DNA of 63,922 nucleotides, filler included, from Octopus bimaculoides (lineage: Eukaryota), in assembly GCF_001194135.2 (NCBI RefSeq). It is 6 parts of 6 records of this genome, joined end to end, with 100 filler letters (N's around TTAATTAATTAA, not from the genome) between each part and the next. Parts side by side here need not be neighbours in the genome. Positions count along the whole stretch, not along the records: positions 32,175 to 46,286 come from NC_068988.1; positions 46,387 to 57,277 come from NC_068982.1; 4 more parts are not named here. The stretch is one strand, 5' to 3'. The number at the start of each line of letters is the position of its first letter. Positions within the stretch are counted from its first letter, which is position 1. This document shows positions 35,600 through 47,560 of the stretch, piece after piece. Position numbers and translations under genes: made by a program. The notes below the pieces were generated by a model. It worked only from the letters and a program-made list of their open reading frames with translations, did not search any database and was not told where the DNA came from.

Positions 35600-35725
35600 A
35601 GATTTGGGTTGAACTAGCACTTTGGTTCAAGATGCCATGATGTGCAAGATGCCGTGCTGCAATGAGATCCTGGGATCTCATTGCAGTAAAAGTGAACTTC
35701 TTAACCACTAAGCCATGCCTGCATC
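35600..35725 (-). mobile_element. SINE-B head, diverged
   Basis: rc GCAGGCATGGCTTAGTGGTTAAGAAGTTCACTT..CCCAGGATCTCATTGCAGCACGGCATCTTG. Confidence 0.6.
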
Positions 35726-35758
35726 TGACTATGCACACATACACACACACACACATGC

Positions 35759-35796
<38 letters not shown>

Positions 35797-37227
35797 TGGT
35801 TTAAGTCAATTGTTGTTCATCAATATTTTTCCATTTTCTGTTTTCTTTAAATTTTGATTCTTGATAAACCCACATTTATCTTGTCTTTACCTATAACTTA
35901 TGAGCATAATATATTTACACATGTATGCCCATAGTTAAATATAAGTAATATCTGGTAGTGTAATGGATACTTCTTAGACGGTTATTTTAACTTCTAGCTC
36001 AACTAACCTGTATATATATNNNNNNNNNNNNNNNNNNNNNNNNNNNNNNNNNNNNNNNNNNNNNNNNNNNNNNNNNNNNNNNNNNNNNNNNNNNNNNNNN
36101 NNNNNNNNNNNNNNNNNNNNNNNNNNNNNNNNNNNNNNNNNNNNNNNNNNNNNNNNNNNNNNNNNNNNNNNNNNNNNNNNNNNNNNNNNNNNNNNNNNNN
36201 NNNNNNNNNNNNNNNNNNNNNNNNNNNNNNNNNNNNNNNNNNNNNNNNNNNNNNNNNNNNNNNNNNNNNNNNNNNNNNNNNNNNNNNNNNNNNNNNNNNN
36301 NNNNNNNNNNNNNNNNNNNNNNNNNNNNNNNNNNNNNNNNNNNNNNNNNNNNNNNNNNNNNNNNNNNNNNNNNNNNNNNNNNNNNNNNNNNNNNNNNNNN
36401 NNNNNNNNNNNNNNNNNNNNNNNNNNNNNNNNNNNNNNNNNNNNNNNNNNNNNNNNNNNNNNNNNNNNNNNNNNNNNNNNNNNNNNNNNNNNNNNNNNNN
36501 NNNNNNNNNNNNNNNNNNNNNNNNNNNNNNNNNNNNNNNNNNNNNNNNNNNNNNNNNNNNNNNNNNNNNNNNNNNNNNNNNNNNNNNNNNNNNNNNNNNN
36601 NNNNNNNNNNNNNNNNNNNNNNNNNNNNNNNNNNNNNNNNNNNNNNNNNNNNNNNNNNNNNNNNNNNNNNNNNNNNNNNNNNNNNNNNNNNNNNNNNNNN
36701 NNNNNNNNNNNNNNNNNNNNNNNNNNNNNNNNNNNNNNNNNNNNNNNNNNNNNNNNNNNNNNNNNNNNNNNNNNNNNNNNNNNNNNNNNNNNNNNNNNNN
36801 NNNNNNNNNNNNNNNNNNNNNNNNNNNNNNNNNNNNNNNNNNNNNNNNNNNNNNNNNNNNNNNNNNNNNNNNNNNNNNNNNNNNNNNNNNNNNNNNNNNN
36901 NNNNNNNNNNNNNNNNNNNNNNNNNNNNNNNNNNNNNNNNNNNNNNNNNNNNNNNNNNNNNNNNNNNNNNNNNNNNNNNNNNNNNNNNNNNNNNNNNNNN
37001 NNNNNNNNNNATATATATATATATATATATATGTGAGGATGCTACATGACGTTCAGTATTCCTGTCTTTCCTGCATTTCATGTCTTTTTTATTGACATGA
37101 TGTATTGTCAGAAAGAATGTGAACAATGCAAGATAATATCTAAGGCAATTAATAAGAAAAAAATATGTATATGTATATTGTGTGACAAAGAAAAATATAT
37201 CTCAATTACCAACAGTAGAAGATCTGT

Positions 37228-37480
<253 letters not shown>

Positions 37481-37661
37481 TCTATCTTCCTCTCATTTAA
37501 AATTATTTTATGTACTTTTTGTTCATAGCCATTTTAGTCATATCTTTAAAGTACATTGGTATCTTTCTCCCTGTGTCTCTGTCTGTCTGTTTCTCCATGT
37601 ATGCACATAACAGCAGGCTTATGCAAGTGCACACACACACACGTGTATGTATACATGTATA

Positions 37662-37799
37662 CAAACGGATATTGAAAAGTTCCTGGCTTTGGGTAAAAGA
37701 AAATACAGGAGGATCAGTGTTAATTATGATTTTATTCAACATATTCCCCTCTCAGATTCACACACTTATTGCAGACGTCCTTCAGTTTTTCTAAGCCTG
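37662..37799 (-). mobile_element. mariner-derived element right end
   Basis: Reverse complement of 32560-32642 extended into the TIR (TGAAAAGTTCCTGGCTTT); TA at 37660. Confidence 0.7.
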
Positions 37800-37834
37800 T
37801 CTACACAGTTTTTATTATTACAGTCAGTTATACA

Positions 37835-38505
37835 ACCATGGGCTCTACCTCCGAACTAAACCCATGGTGTTCTGTACTCCTGTCATCTCCACCTTGCTCT
37901 ATGCTCGTGAGACATGGATCCTGTATTGAAAAGACCTAAAAGAGCTGGAACATTTCCAAAAAGCCAAGCTTCAGCAGATTCTCAACATCAAAGAACAGGA
38001 CCGATGCATCAACAACAAAGTCCTTAGTCACTCAGAAATGTCAAGCATTGAAGCTGCTATTGTCAAGCTTTGCCTCAGGTGGTCAGGACATGTTGTCTGA
38101 ATGGCTCCTTCAAGACTCCTGCTGACCATCCTCTACAGAGAGCTCATCAATGGCAAATGGCATTGAAGAGCCCCAAAATGCAGATTCAAAGACCAACTGA
38201 AGTCTTCCCTCCAAGCTGGCATCAGCTCTAACACCTGGGAAACAGAAGTCACTGACCGTCCATCCTGGTGAAGAGCAATTCATTTAGGCTCTTCCACTTT
38301 TGAGGAAAGGAGAAAAACTGAAGAAAAAGCAAGAAGGCGGCTATGCAAAGCTTGGCAATGCTAGCCAAGATCACCACCCTTCATGCCATGTGATCAATGC
38401 CTGAGACTGTTCCATTCCTGACTTGGCCTTCTGAGCCATATCAGGATTAAGCATCATTGGGGGCACGGGATGAACCAAACTCAGACATGATTAGTGCCAC
38501 CACTG
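37835..38505 (+). pseudogene. RTE (BovB-like) ORF C-terminal half with single C2H2 finger, decayed
   Basis: TLLYARETWILY*KDLKELEHFQ..LRWSGHVV*M..RFKDQLK..W*RAIH..FEERRK..CDQCLRLFHS*LGLLSHIRIKH. Several stops are TGA at expected Arg (CGA) positions. Confidence 0.9.
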
Positions 38506-39339
38506 ACAGCATATTTAATATAAATCTCTGTTCCGACTTATGTTTTTGCTGCATGAATCTTTGGTAGTTTGGTTTTCATTTGCATCCAGTTTGTTCATCT
38601 GGTTAAGAATTAATGCTACTTTATTCAAAGTGTTGCCACTATTATAGTTTGACACGAACTGAAGTATGATGGTTTAGACAGTATTATATTTAGTAAGGGT
38701 TGGTAATTTTTGAGTGCAAAGAATGAGAGAGAAACAGTTAGAAACATGATATAGTTATAAAATCTGTTATCAGATTGACCCTGAGATGACCCCAAGGTTT
38801 GAATTTCGAATCATGAACACTAGATCTTCAACTAGACGAGAATATATTTCATCTACTAGCCTTAAGTGAAGTAAATAGGGATAAATTTCAGTGATGTATA
38901 CAATTAAGGGTCACTAAGTCAAATATAATTTAGAAATCTAAGATATGCAGAATTTACTTGTAAGGCCAAGGTCCTATACTTGATATGGTAGAATACTTTA
39001 ACCTAAAATGAAATCTAAATTTTTATCTACACAATTCAATTCTAAATCTGTGTTGATAACATCCTCCTTGATAAAGAGTAAATTATTCTATAGAATTACT
39101 ACTAGGATACAGACAAAGTAGATTCAGCACTGATATTATCCATGTAAACTCAAGCACCTTCAATCCCTGTGATACTTAATTAAAAATCTTTTCTGGAGAA
39201 ATATTTGAATGTTTCTCTGTGAAGGTATGTACATTTCAGGGCTAATTCATGTTTATTATTTAATAATTGGTATTTAGATGTGAAAATATGGAATATTTCT
39301 TCTAGGCATAAATTACATTTCTGACTTGATTATGTATGA

Positions 39340-39600
39340 CTCTGCCCCTGCCAGTAATTTCCCATGTTTTTGTATGTGTTTCTCAATATCTCGCCTCCAC
39401 CTGTTTTTAGTATGCCCTCTCTTCCACCTCCCTTGTGGGATAGTTTTCTCAAAGGAAAGGCTTTCCTCTCCCAAGTCTTGTTGGTTTGGTATTGTCAGTG
39501 GGGCTTCTGTAATTTTGCCTTTTTCTAGGTAAGGGTGTCGGTCCTGTACAAACCATTTTGGTGTCTGGTAAGAAGTGATCGACATTAGTCTGACCTTTAA
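39340..39600 (-). mobile_element. Internally deleted (bipartite) RTE element, 3' part
   Basis: 39440-39600 aligns to 52200-52370; it continues into PQGRWKRGHTKNRWRRDIE (RTE P.G.R.RGRP..W motif). Confidence 0.6.
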
Positions 39601-40209
39601 GGCAGTGAACTGGTAGAATCATTAGCGTACTGGGCAAAATGTTTAGTCGTATTTCGTCTGTCTTCATGTCCTGAGTTCAAATTCCTCTGAGGCCAGGTTT
39701 GCCTTTCATCTTTTCGTACCAGTGGAGCACTGGGGGTCAATGTAATGAACTTATCCCTTCCCTGTAATTGCTGGCCTTGTGCCAAAATTTGATTTGAAAC
39801 CAATATTATTATTATAAAGCTACTAAGGCAGTCAGTTGGCAGAATCGTTAGTGCATCAGGCAAAATGCTTAGTGGTATTTTGTCTACCTTCATGTTCTGA
39901 GTTCAGATTCAACTAAGGTCAACTTAGAATTTCATCCTTTTGGAGTTCATAAAATAATTAAATAAGTACCAGTTGAGTACCAGTTGCCCTCTTGTGGGCA
40001 ATAAAGAAATAAGAATCGTTAGCATGCCAGGTGAAATGCTTAGTGGTATTTTGCCTGTCGCTAAATTCTGAGTTCAAATTCTGCCAATGTTGACTTAGCC
40101 TTTCATCCTTTTGGGGTTGATGAATTAAGTACCAGTGAAACACTGGGGTCAATGTAATCGACTAGTCTCCTCCCCAGAAATTTGAGGCCTTGTGCCTCCA
40201 GTAGAATGG

Positions 40210-40241
<32 letters not shown>

Positions 40242-40490
40242 TATTATTATTAAGGTGGTGAGCTGGCGGAATCATTAGCACGCTGGGCAGAATACTTAGC
40301 ATTATATTTCACCAGTCCTCATGTCCTGAGTTCAAATTCCGCCGAGGTCAACTTTGCCTTTCGTCTTTCCAGGGTTGATAGAAATAAGTACCAGCTAAGC
40401 ACTGGGGGTCGATGCAAACGACTTAACCTCCCCCACCTCCACCCCACCCCGAAAATGGTTGGACTTGCACCAAAATTCGAGACCAAAATT
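39598..40490 (+). mobile_element. Head-to-tail array of four SINE-A copies
   Basis: Heads near 39598, 39824, 40013 and 40250 (TAAGG..GCAGAATC(G/A)TTAG); copies 1 and 3 end in (ATT)n. Confidence 0.85.
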
Positions 40491-40491
40491 T

Positions 40492-40630
40492 TACCTGGCT
40501 TCTATCCTTTGACCAGTCCTGCATGAGAGACCCTATGAAGAACTTTATGCTGTCCTTGGCATAGCTCTTGTGGTCATCGAAGCACACACAGCATCATTCT
40601 GCAACACAGGCGGATCTTCTAGTGGCAACA
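40492..40630 (-). mobile_element. RTE 5' UTR fragment (5' part of the element at 39340-39600)
   Basis: rc TTCGATGACCACAAGAGCTATGCC..CATAGGGTCTCTCATGCAGGACTGGTCAAAGG; homologous to 52370-52450. Confidence 0.55.
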
Positions 40631-40927
40631 TATGACTCTGTAGTCAAATATTTTCAACATACCGGCCATTATACTTGATCGTTTGACTGTCTCCTTTGTC
40701 TTAATTATGTATACACATAACGACGTTTGTAATTTTTGTCTTAGGTTTTTTTTTTACTTTCTCTTTGTTTATAAATGTCTCTCTTTTGTTTTGTTTTTTT
40801 TCTTTTTCTTCTTCTTTGTCCTCTCCTTATTTTCCTCCTCCTAACGCATACACACACGCGTGTGTGTGCACATACAAACATATGCACATGTACACACACA
40901 CTGAAATGTATACATGATCCTAGACAT

Positions 40928-40964
<37 letters not shown>

Positions 40965-42109
40965 TGTACACATGCACTTAAACACACACACACACACACA
41001 NNNNNNNNNNNNNNNNNNNNNNNNNNNNNNNNNNNNNNNNNNNNNNNNNNNNNNNNNNNNNNNNNNNNNNNNNNNNNNNNNNNNNNNNNNNNNNNNNNNN
41101 NNNNNNNNNNNNNNNNNNNNNNNNNNNNNNNNNNNNNNNNNNNNNNNNNNNNNNNNNNNNNNNNNNNNNNNNNNNNNNNNNNNNNNNNNNNNNNNNNNNN
41201 NNNNNNNNNNNNNNNNNNNNNNNNNNNNNNNNNNNNNNNNNNNNNNNNNNNNNNNNNNNNNNNNNNNNNNNNNNNNNNNNNNNNNNNNNNNNNNNNNNNN
41301 NNNNNNNNNNNNNNNNNNNNNNNNNNNNNNNNNNNNNNNNNNNNNNNNNNNNNNNNNNNNNNNNNNNNNNNNNNNNNNNNNNNNNNNNNNNNNNNNNNNN
41401 NNNNNNNNNNNNNNNNNNNNNNNNNNNNNNNNNNNNNNNNNNNNNNNNNNNNNNNNNNNNNNNNNNNNNNNNNNNNNNNNNNNNNNNNNNNNNNNNNNNN
41501 NNNNNNNNNNNNNNNNNNNNNNNNNNNNNNNNNNNNNNNNNNNNNNNNNNNNNNNNNNNNNNNNNNNNNNNNNNNNNNNNNNNNNNNNNNNNNNNNNNNN
41601 NNNNNNNNNNNNNNNNNNNNNNNNNNNNNNNNNNNNNNNNNNNNNNNNNNNNNNNNNNNNNNNNNNNNNNNNNNNNNNNNNNNNNNNNNNNNNNNNNNNN
41701 NNNNNNNNNNNNNNNNNNNNNNNNNNNNNNNNNNNNNNNNNNNNNNNNNNNNNNNNNNNNNNNNNNNNNNNNNNNNNNNNNNNNNNNNNNNNNNNNNNNN
41801 NNNNNNNNNNNNNNNNNNNNNNNNNNNNNNNNNNNNNNNNNNNNNNNNNNNNNNNNNNNNNNNNNNNNNNNNNACCACCACCTCCACCATATGTTCCACC
41901 ATTAACTTCACCACCACCACCACCACCATCATCATCACCACCACCACCATCATGTACCACCACCACTTCCACCATATGTACCATCATTAACTTCATCACC
42001 ACCACCACCATGTACCACTATTAACTTCACCACCATCGTCGTCGTCGTCATCCTAAACTCCTCCTTAACGTAGGCACATGTACAAACACAAACACACAAA
42101 CACACTATA

Positions 42110-42151
<42 letters not shown>

Positions 42152-42863
42152 TACACGCCACTGTTGTTGTTGTGTGTGTTGTTGTTTCCTTCTCAATCAT
42201 TTACATCTTTTAAAGAAACTTTGCCTATTTGGCAGTCTTCTGTCATTTTCTTGCTTTTTTCTGTTTGTTTTATCATCTCCTTTACTTTTGCCTCTTTTTT
42301 TTTCTTCTGCCTGCCCTTCCTTCCTTCCTTCCTTTCTTTTTTGGTTTTGTTTTTGCTTCTATTGGAGGACATAGCTGTTGAGGAATGCTTGTAGTGCAAT
42401 ATTTATGCTTCCAACGCAAATTAACAATGGACTGCCACAAACTTGTGCACTGTACTGCCTGCGTTTTCTGTAAAAGGTATTTAAAATGCACATATCTCAA
42501 ATGCTAGCGCCATTCAGTTCTTTGTTAAAAGCCTTTAAAAGAATCCAGTTTGTTGTATGGGAAGTGTGGAAGACAGAAGAAAACAAAGAAATAAAAATTT
42601 TTCTTAAGAATTCTTATCTTCTGCTTCTTTGAATTTCTGTGTATATAACACACACACATGCATACATGCACACATGCACACACACTTATATAAATAATGT
42701 GTATATGTATGTATATAAATGTTCGTGTGTGTGTATGTATATATCTGTATGTATGTGTATATATATATATGTACATAAATATGTCTGTGTATATGTCTGT
42801 AAACATATATATATGTGTTTGTATATATTTGTATGCATGTATATATATATACACACACATTTG

Positions 42864-42940
<77 letters not shown>

Positions 42941-43281
42941 GTGTATGTATGTATATGTATATATATATGTATGTATGTGTGTATGTATGTATATATATGT
43001 ATGTGTGTATGTATGTCTATGTATATATATATATATATATATATGTGTGTATATATATATATATACGTATGTGTGTATGTATATATATATCGTTTGTCAT
43101 ATTTATTATATTTAAGTGTAGTCTTTTTCTTTTTTATTCTACAACATCCTCGCTTACCACTGCCCCTGAAACTTCATATATGTATGTGTGTGATATATAT
43201 GTATGTGTGTGTGTGTCTGTGTCTGTGTATATATACATATGTATATATATATGTATGTGTGTGTCTGTGTCTGTGTGTATA

Positions 43282-43315
<34 letters not shown>

Positions 43316-43609
43316 NNNNNNNNNNNNNNNNNNNNNNNNNNNNNNNNNNNNNNNNNNNNNNNNNNNNNNNNNNNNNTATAAACGTGTAGGCAGTCACATG
43401 GTTCTACACACATACTCGTGTCTGAATTCGTACAGTACAAATGCTGTGTGTGTGTTGATGTTGTTGTGTTTTATGTTCAGTATTTTTATAAAACTTTTCT
43501 GTCTGTTTATTATGAAATATTAATTTTCATAATAAATCGTGTTTATAGGAAAGAAAATAATTTATTGGGGAATGTGGATATGACAGTGGCTTGTCTATTC
43601 ATCTGTTTG

Positions 43610-44270
43610 ATGATAATGATGATGATGATGGTGGTAGTGGTGATGATGATTATGATGATGGTGATGATGGTGATGATGGCGGTGGTAGCGAGTGGTGGTG
43701 GTGATGATGGTGATGATGATAATGGTACGATGATGACAGTGGTGATGATGATAATAATAATGGTGATGATTATGATAATGGTGAGGATGAGATCATCATC
43801 ACCACCACCAACTGCCACCACCAACTGCCACCACCAACTGCCACCACCACTACCACCACCATCATCATCATCATCATCACCATCACCACCACCACTACCA
43901 TAAATAACTTCACCGTCATCCTCACCGCCACCACCAACCACCACCACCACCACCACCACCATGACCTACCACCATCACCATCACCACCACCTCCACCACC
44001 ATCGTCACCATCTTCACCACCACTACCACTGCTCATATCATGAAGAGTACCAAAATTTTCAGTATTATCAGTTTTACCATCATCGACATGTTCACAGCTA
44101 CCACCACCACCGCCACCATCATCACTATAATCATCATCATCAATTTTATCATTTCTATTACTGGTGGTGGTGGTGGTGCTGATGGTTTTAATGAGGATGA
44201 TGGCAATAATGATGATGATAACAGTGTTTTCAATATTTCATTTCTTTGTTGTTGTTGTTGTTGTTGCTAC
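43610..44270. repeat. Trinucleotide low-complexity field (GAT/GGT switching to CAT/CAC); related CAC-rich tract at 41874-42050
   Basis: Direct inspection. Confidence 0.9.
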
Positions 44271-45144
44271 CTGCCCTTCTATCATTTCTCTTTTCACTAG
44301 AGTTCCTTTAAAAGGAATTAACTACAAATTTGTGTTTCTCATCTATTATGTGCATACACGCAAACACACACACACACACACGCGTGTGTGTGTGTGTGTG
44401 AATTTATATATACATGTGTTCATACTGCCATACAAACACAAATACACACAAATATCACACATGAATCTCCCCCCCTCTGTATGTATCTCTCGCCCCCTCT
44501 CTATGTATCTCTCCCCCCTCTCTCTATATATATACATATATGTATATGCATGTATATATCTTTATGTATGTGTAAATGTATATCTATAAATACTTGTATA
44601 TATTTAAAATATTTGTATGTGTGTGTGTGTGTGTGTGTGTATGTATATATATATATATATAAAAGAAATAATTAAGATTCAGTTGAATTAGATAATTAAG
44701 TTGGGGTACCAAGTCAGTCCGGAATTATCTGCATATATATATATATNNNNNNNNNNNNNNNNNNNNNNNNNNNNNNNNNNNNNNNNNNNNNNNNNNNNNN
44801 NNNNNNNNNNNNNNNNNNNNNNNNNNNNNNNNNNNNNNNNNNNNNNNNNNNNNNNNNNNNNNNNNNNNNNNNNNNNNNNNNNNNNNNNNNNNNNNNNNNN
44901 NNNNNNNNNNNNNNNNNNNNNNNNNNNNNNNNNNNNNNNNNNNNNNNNNNNNNNNNNNNNNNNNNNNNNNNNNNNNNNNNNNNNNNNNNNNNNNNNNNNN
45001 NNNNNNNNNNNNNNNNNNNNNNNNNNNNNNNNNNNNNNNNNNNNNNNNNNNNNNNNNNNNNNNNNNNNNNNNNNNNNNNNNNNNNNNNNNNNNNNNNNNN
45101 NNNNNNNNNNNNNNNNNNNNNNNNNNNNNNNNNNNNNNNNNNNN

Positions 45145-45194
<50 letters not shown>

Positions 45195-45197
<3 letters not shown>

Positions 45198-45800
45198 TAT
45201 TTGTACTCAGCCGTCTAGGCTACTGCTCTCAACTGTGGTTGCCCTATAATGCCAAATTAATAGTAGAATGTGAGGCAGTTCAGTGGTTCTATACCTGGTT
45301 GATTGCATCACTGGAACAGATGAGGTACAGGGAGAGACTGAAAGATCTATGACTCTTCTCCCTGGAGTGAAGATGGCAGAGGTATGCAGTAATATATGCA
45401 TGGAAAATCCTGGAGGGGCTGACATCAAACTTTAGTATCGAGTGTTATACCAGACCCTGAATTGGACGTCACTGCACTGTTCCAAAGGTCCCTGCTATCC
45501 CGTCCAGAGTGTGGATCACGTACTGCAATAGCTTGGGATTCAAGGGCCCACAGCTATTTAACACCTTGCCAAAACATCTGAGGGATCTTCATGGTGTAGG
45601 GGTAGATGCTTTCAGGAAACAACTTTACCTCTTGCTATCCAAAGTCCCAGATGAACCGTATCAAAGCAGAAGACTGAAAAGAGGGCTTCCGTATCGAACT
45701 CCCTTCTTCACCAAAAGCCGATCACTTAAGATTGGCCATTGAAAAGGTGATTAGACTGGCAGTGCTCCAGCATGGCCACAGCCTTAGGGCTGAGACACAC
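45195..45800 (+). pseudogene. CR1/L2-like LINE ORF2 C-terminus and 3' tail
   Basis: LSRLGYCSQLW..EAVQ..YRERLKDL*LFSLE*R..IYAWKILEG..GPQLFNTLP..KVPDEP..ASVSNSLLHQ*. The 3' UTR ends GGCAGTGCTCCAGCATGGCCACAGCCTTAGGGCTGAGAC, then CA-rich repeats. Confidence 0.85.
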
Positions 45801-45974
45801 TCAAGCACATTCACATGCATACACACACACACTTATTCACATGCATACACACACATTCACATGCATACACATACACGAACATATTCACATGCATACACAC
45901 AATCACACACACACACTCACATTTACATGCATACACACATACACATGCATCCACATGCATACGCACACATACAT

Positions 45975-46135
45975 GCACCAGGCTTCTTTTAGTTTCTAAA
46001 TTCCGAATCCACTCTCAAGGCTGCCAGCCCAGGGCTCTGGTATTATAGCAGAAGACATTTACCCAAAGTGCCACAGAGCGGAACTGAACCTAGAACTGTG
46101 TGGTTGGAAAGCAAACTTCCAACATTTAACCATGC
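45975..46135 (-). mobile_element. SINE-B head
   Basis: rc GCATGGTTAAATGTTGGAAGTTTGC..CTAGGTTCAGTTCCGC..GGCACTTTGGGTAAATGTCTTCTGCTAT. Confidence 0.7.
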
Positions 46136-46140
46136 ATGTA

Positions 46141-46198
<58 letters not shown>

Positions 46199-46421
46199 TA
46201 CACTTACACACATTTATATAAATGATGTCATCCCTAGTTTGTAAATCTTGTACTAAAGTCTGTTTTGTTGTCATCTGTGTACACCTNNNNNNNNNNNNNN
46301 NNNNNNNNNNNNNNNNNNNNNNNNNNNNNNTTAATTAATTAANNNNNNNNNNNNNNNNNNNNNNNNNNNNNNNNNNNNNNNNNNNNATATATATATATAT
46401 ATATATATACATATATATATA

Positions 46422-46570
46422 AGGGTTAGCACTAGCACGCTAAAAATAGCAGTTATAAGACGACTACAACCACAGATTTTCACTGATACACATTGAAATT
46501 GGGCGAATGGGTGAAAATTTGTGTCTTATGACTGCCATCTTTAGCCTGCTGGTGCTATTTGTAGCACCCT
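46422..46570. mobile_element. ~150-bp hairpin MITE flanked by TA
   Basis: Ends AGGGT/ACCCT; arm 46427-46461 pairs with 46523-46557 (30/35); inner stem ACAGATTTTCAC/GTGAAAATTTGT. Confidence 0.75.
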
Positions 46571-46829
46571 TAATTATTAATTAATATTTTTGTACCTTAT
46601 GGTATTTTTTACGTATGCTATGCCACTTGATATTATTGTAAACAATGATATCCTTATATATATTCTTATAATTCATATATATATATTATAAAAAGTTGTG
46701 TACTCTCTTATCTTAATAAAACAAATGCTTTATATAGAGGGAAACAATACATGTGTGTACGTGTATATCCGTACATACATACATACATACATACACGCAT
46801 ATATACTTCTATGTCTATTCATATAATAG

Positions 46830-47030
46830 TCACACGCCTCTCAAACTAAATATATACACGGAGGACGAAAAAAACAACAGACGAAGACAGGTGGTGTAAA
46901 CAACAAATGGATGTATTAGTTTAACGCTCGGGAATAGAGAAAGTCTTTGACGTTTCGAGCCTACGCTCTTCAACTGAAAGGAACACAGACAGAAATAAGG
47001 AGAGAAACAAGGAGAAAAAAATACCATAGA
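46830..47030 (-). mobile_element. Penelope-like terminal fragment with hammerhead-like motif
   Basis: rc TTGAAGAGCGTAGGCTCGAAAC (46952-46973); homologous to 22445-22590. Confidence 0.55.
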
Positions 47031-47089
47031 AAGATATACGCTGTGGTTTTTGTCTGAGAGAAAATCTCTTCATAGACTTGTTATGTTAA

Positions 47090-47306
47090 GGTCGCCGATT
47101 TAATACCATTGTCGAAATCAAGAGCGAATCGCAGAAAGTCCTCGATTTGCGTACGGAAAACGACTGCCAGGCCGATTTCCAAAAGTGGCAAGAACGTTGG
47201 GGCCGGTGTATTGATGCGCAAGGTGACTATTTCGAGGAAGATTATGTTAAAATAAGTTACTTTTTATTAAACATAATGAGTCCGAGAACTTTTTGATATC
47301 ATCTCG
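47090..47306 (+). mobile_element. mariner transposase C-terminus and right TIR
   Basis: GRRFNTIVEIK..FQKWQERWGRCIDAQGDYFEED; ends GAACTTTTTGATATCATCTCG followed by TA. Confidence 0.85.
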
Positions 47307-47454
47307 TATTTAGAAACTATACCAATTACTCTGAAGCCTGGTTCCCCAAACAATAGACTTAAATAGCGCTTACTGAATCTATCAATTCCATTTTTACCAC
47401 TAACACCAAAAAAACTTCAAATATTATCAATATCGGATTCAACCACATAAATAT

Positions 47455-47560
47455 ACCATGTAGTGACGCGAAATTATGGCCGCCATTAAGGAAGTACAAT
47501 CTACGCATGCGCAAGGGACTTACCTTCCCGGAAGCCCCTCGAGTGCGTATGCGTAGTAAA
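47455..47560. promoter_or_regulatory. Candidate housekeeping-type promoter island (YY1, ETS x2, NRF1 x2) with minus-strand 5' splice site
   Basis: GGCCGCCATT (47478-47487), AGGAAGT (47489-47495), TACGCATGCGCA (47502-47513), CCGGAAG (47528-47534), TGCGTATGCGTA (47544-47555); ACTTACCTT (47518-47526) is the reverse complement of AAG|GTAAGT. Confidence 0.45.
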
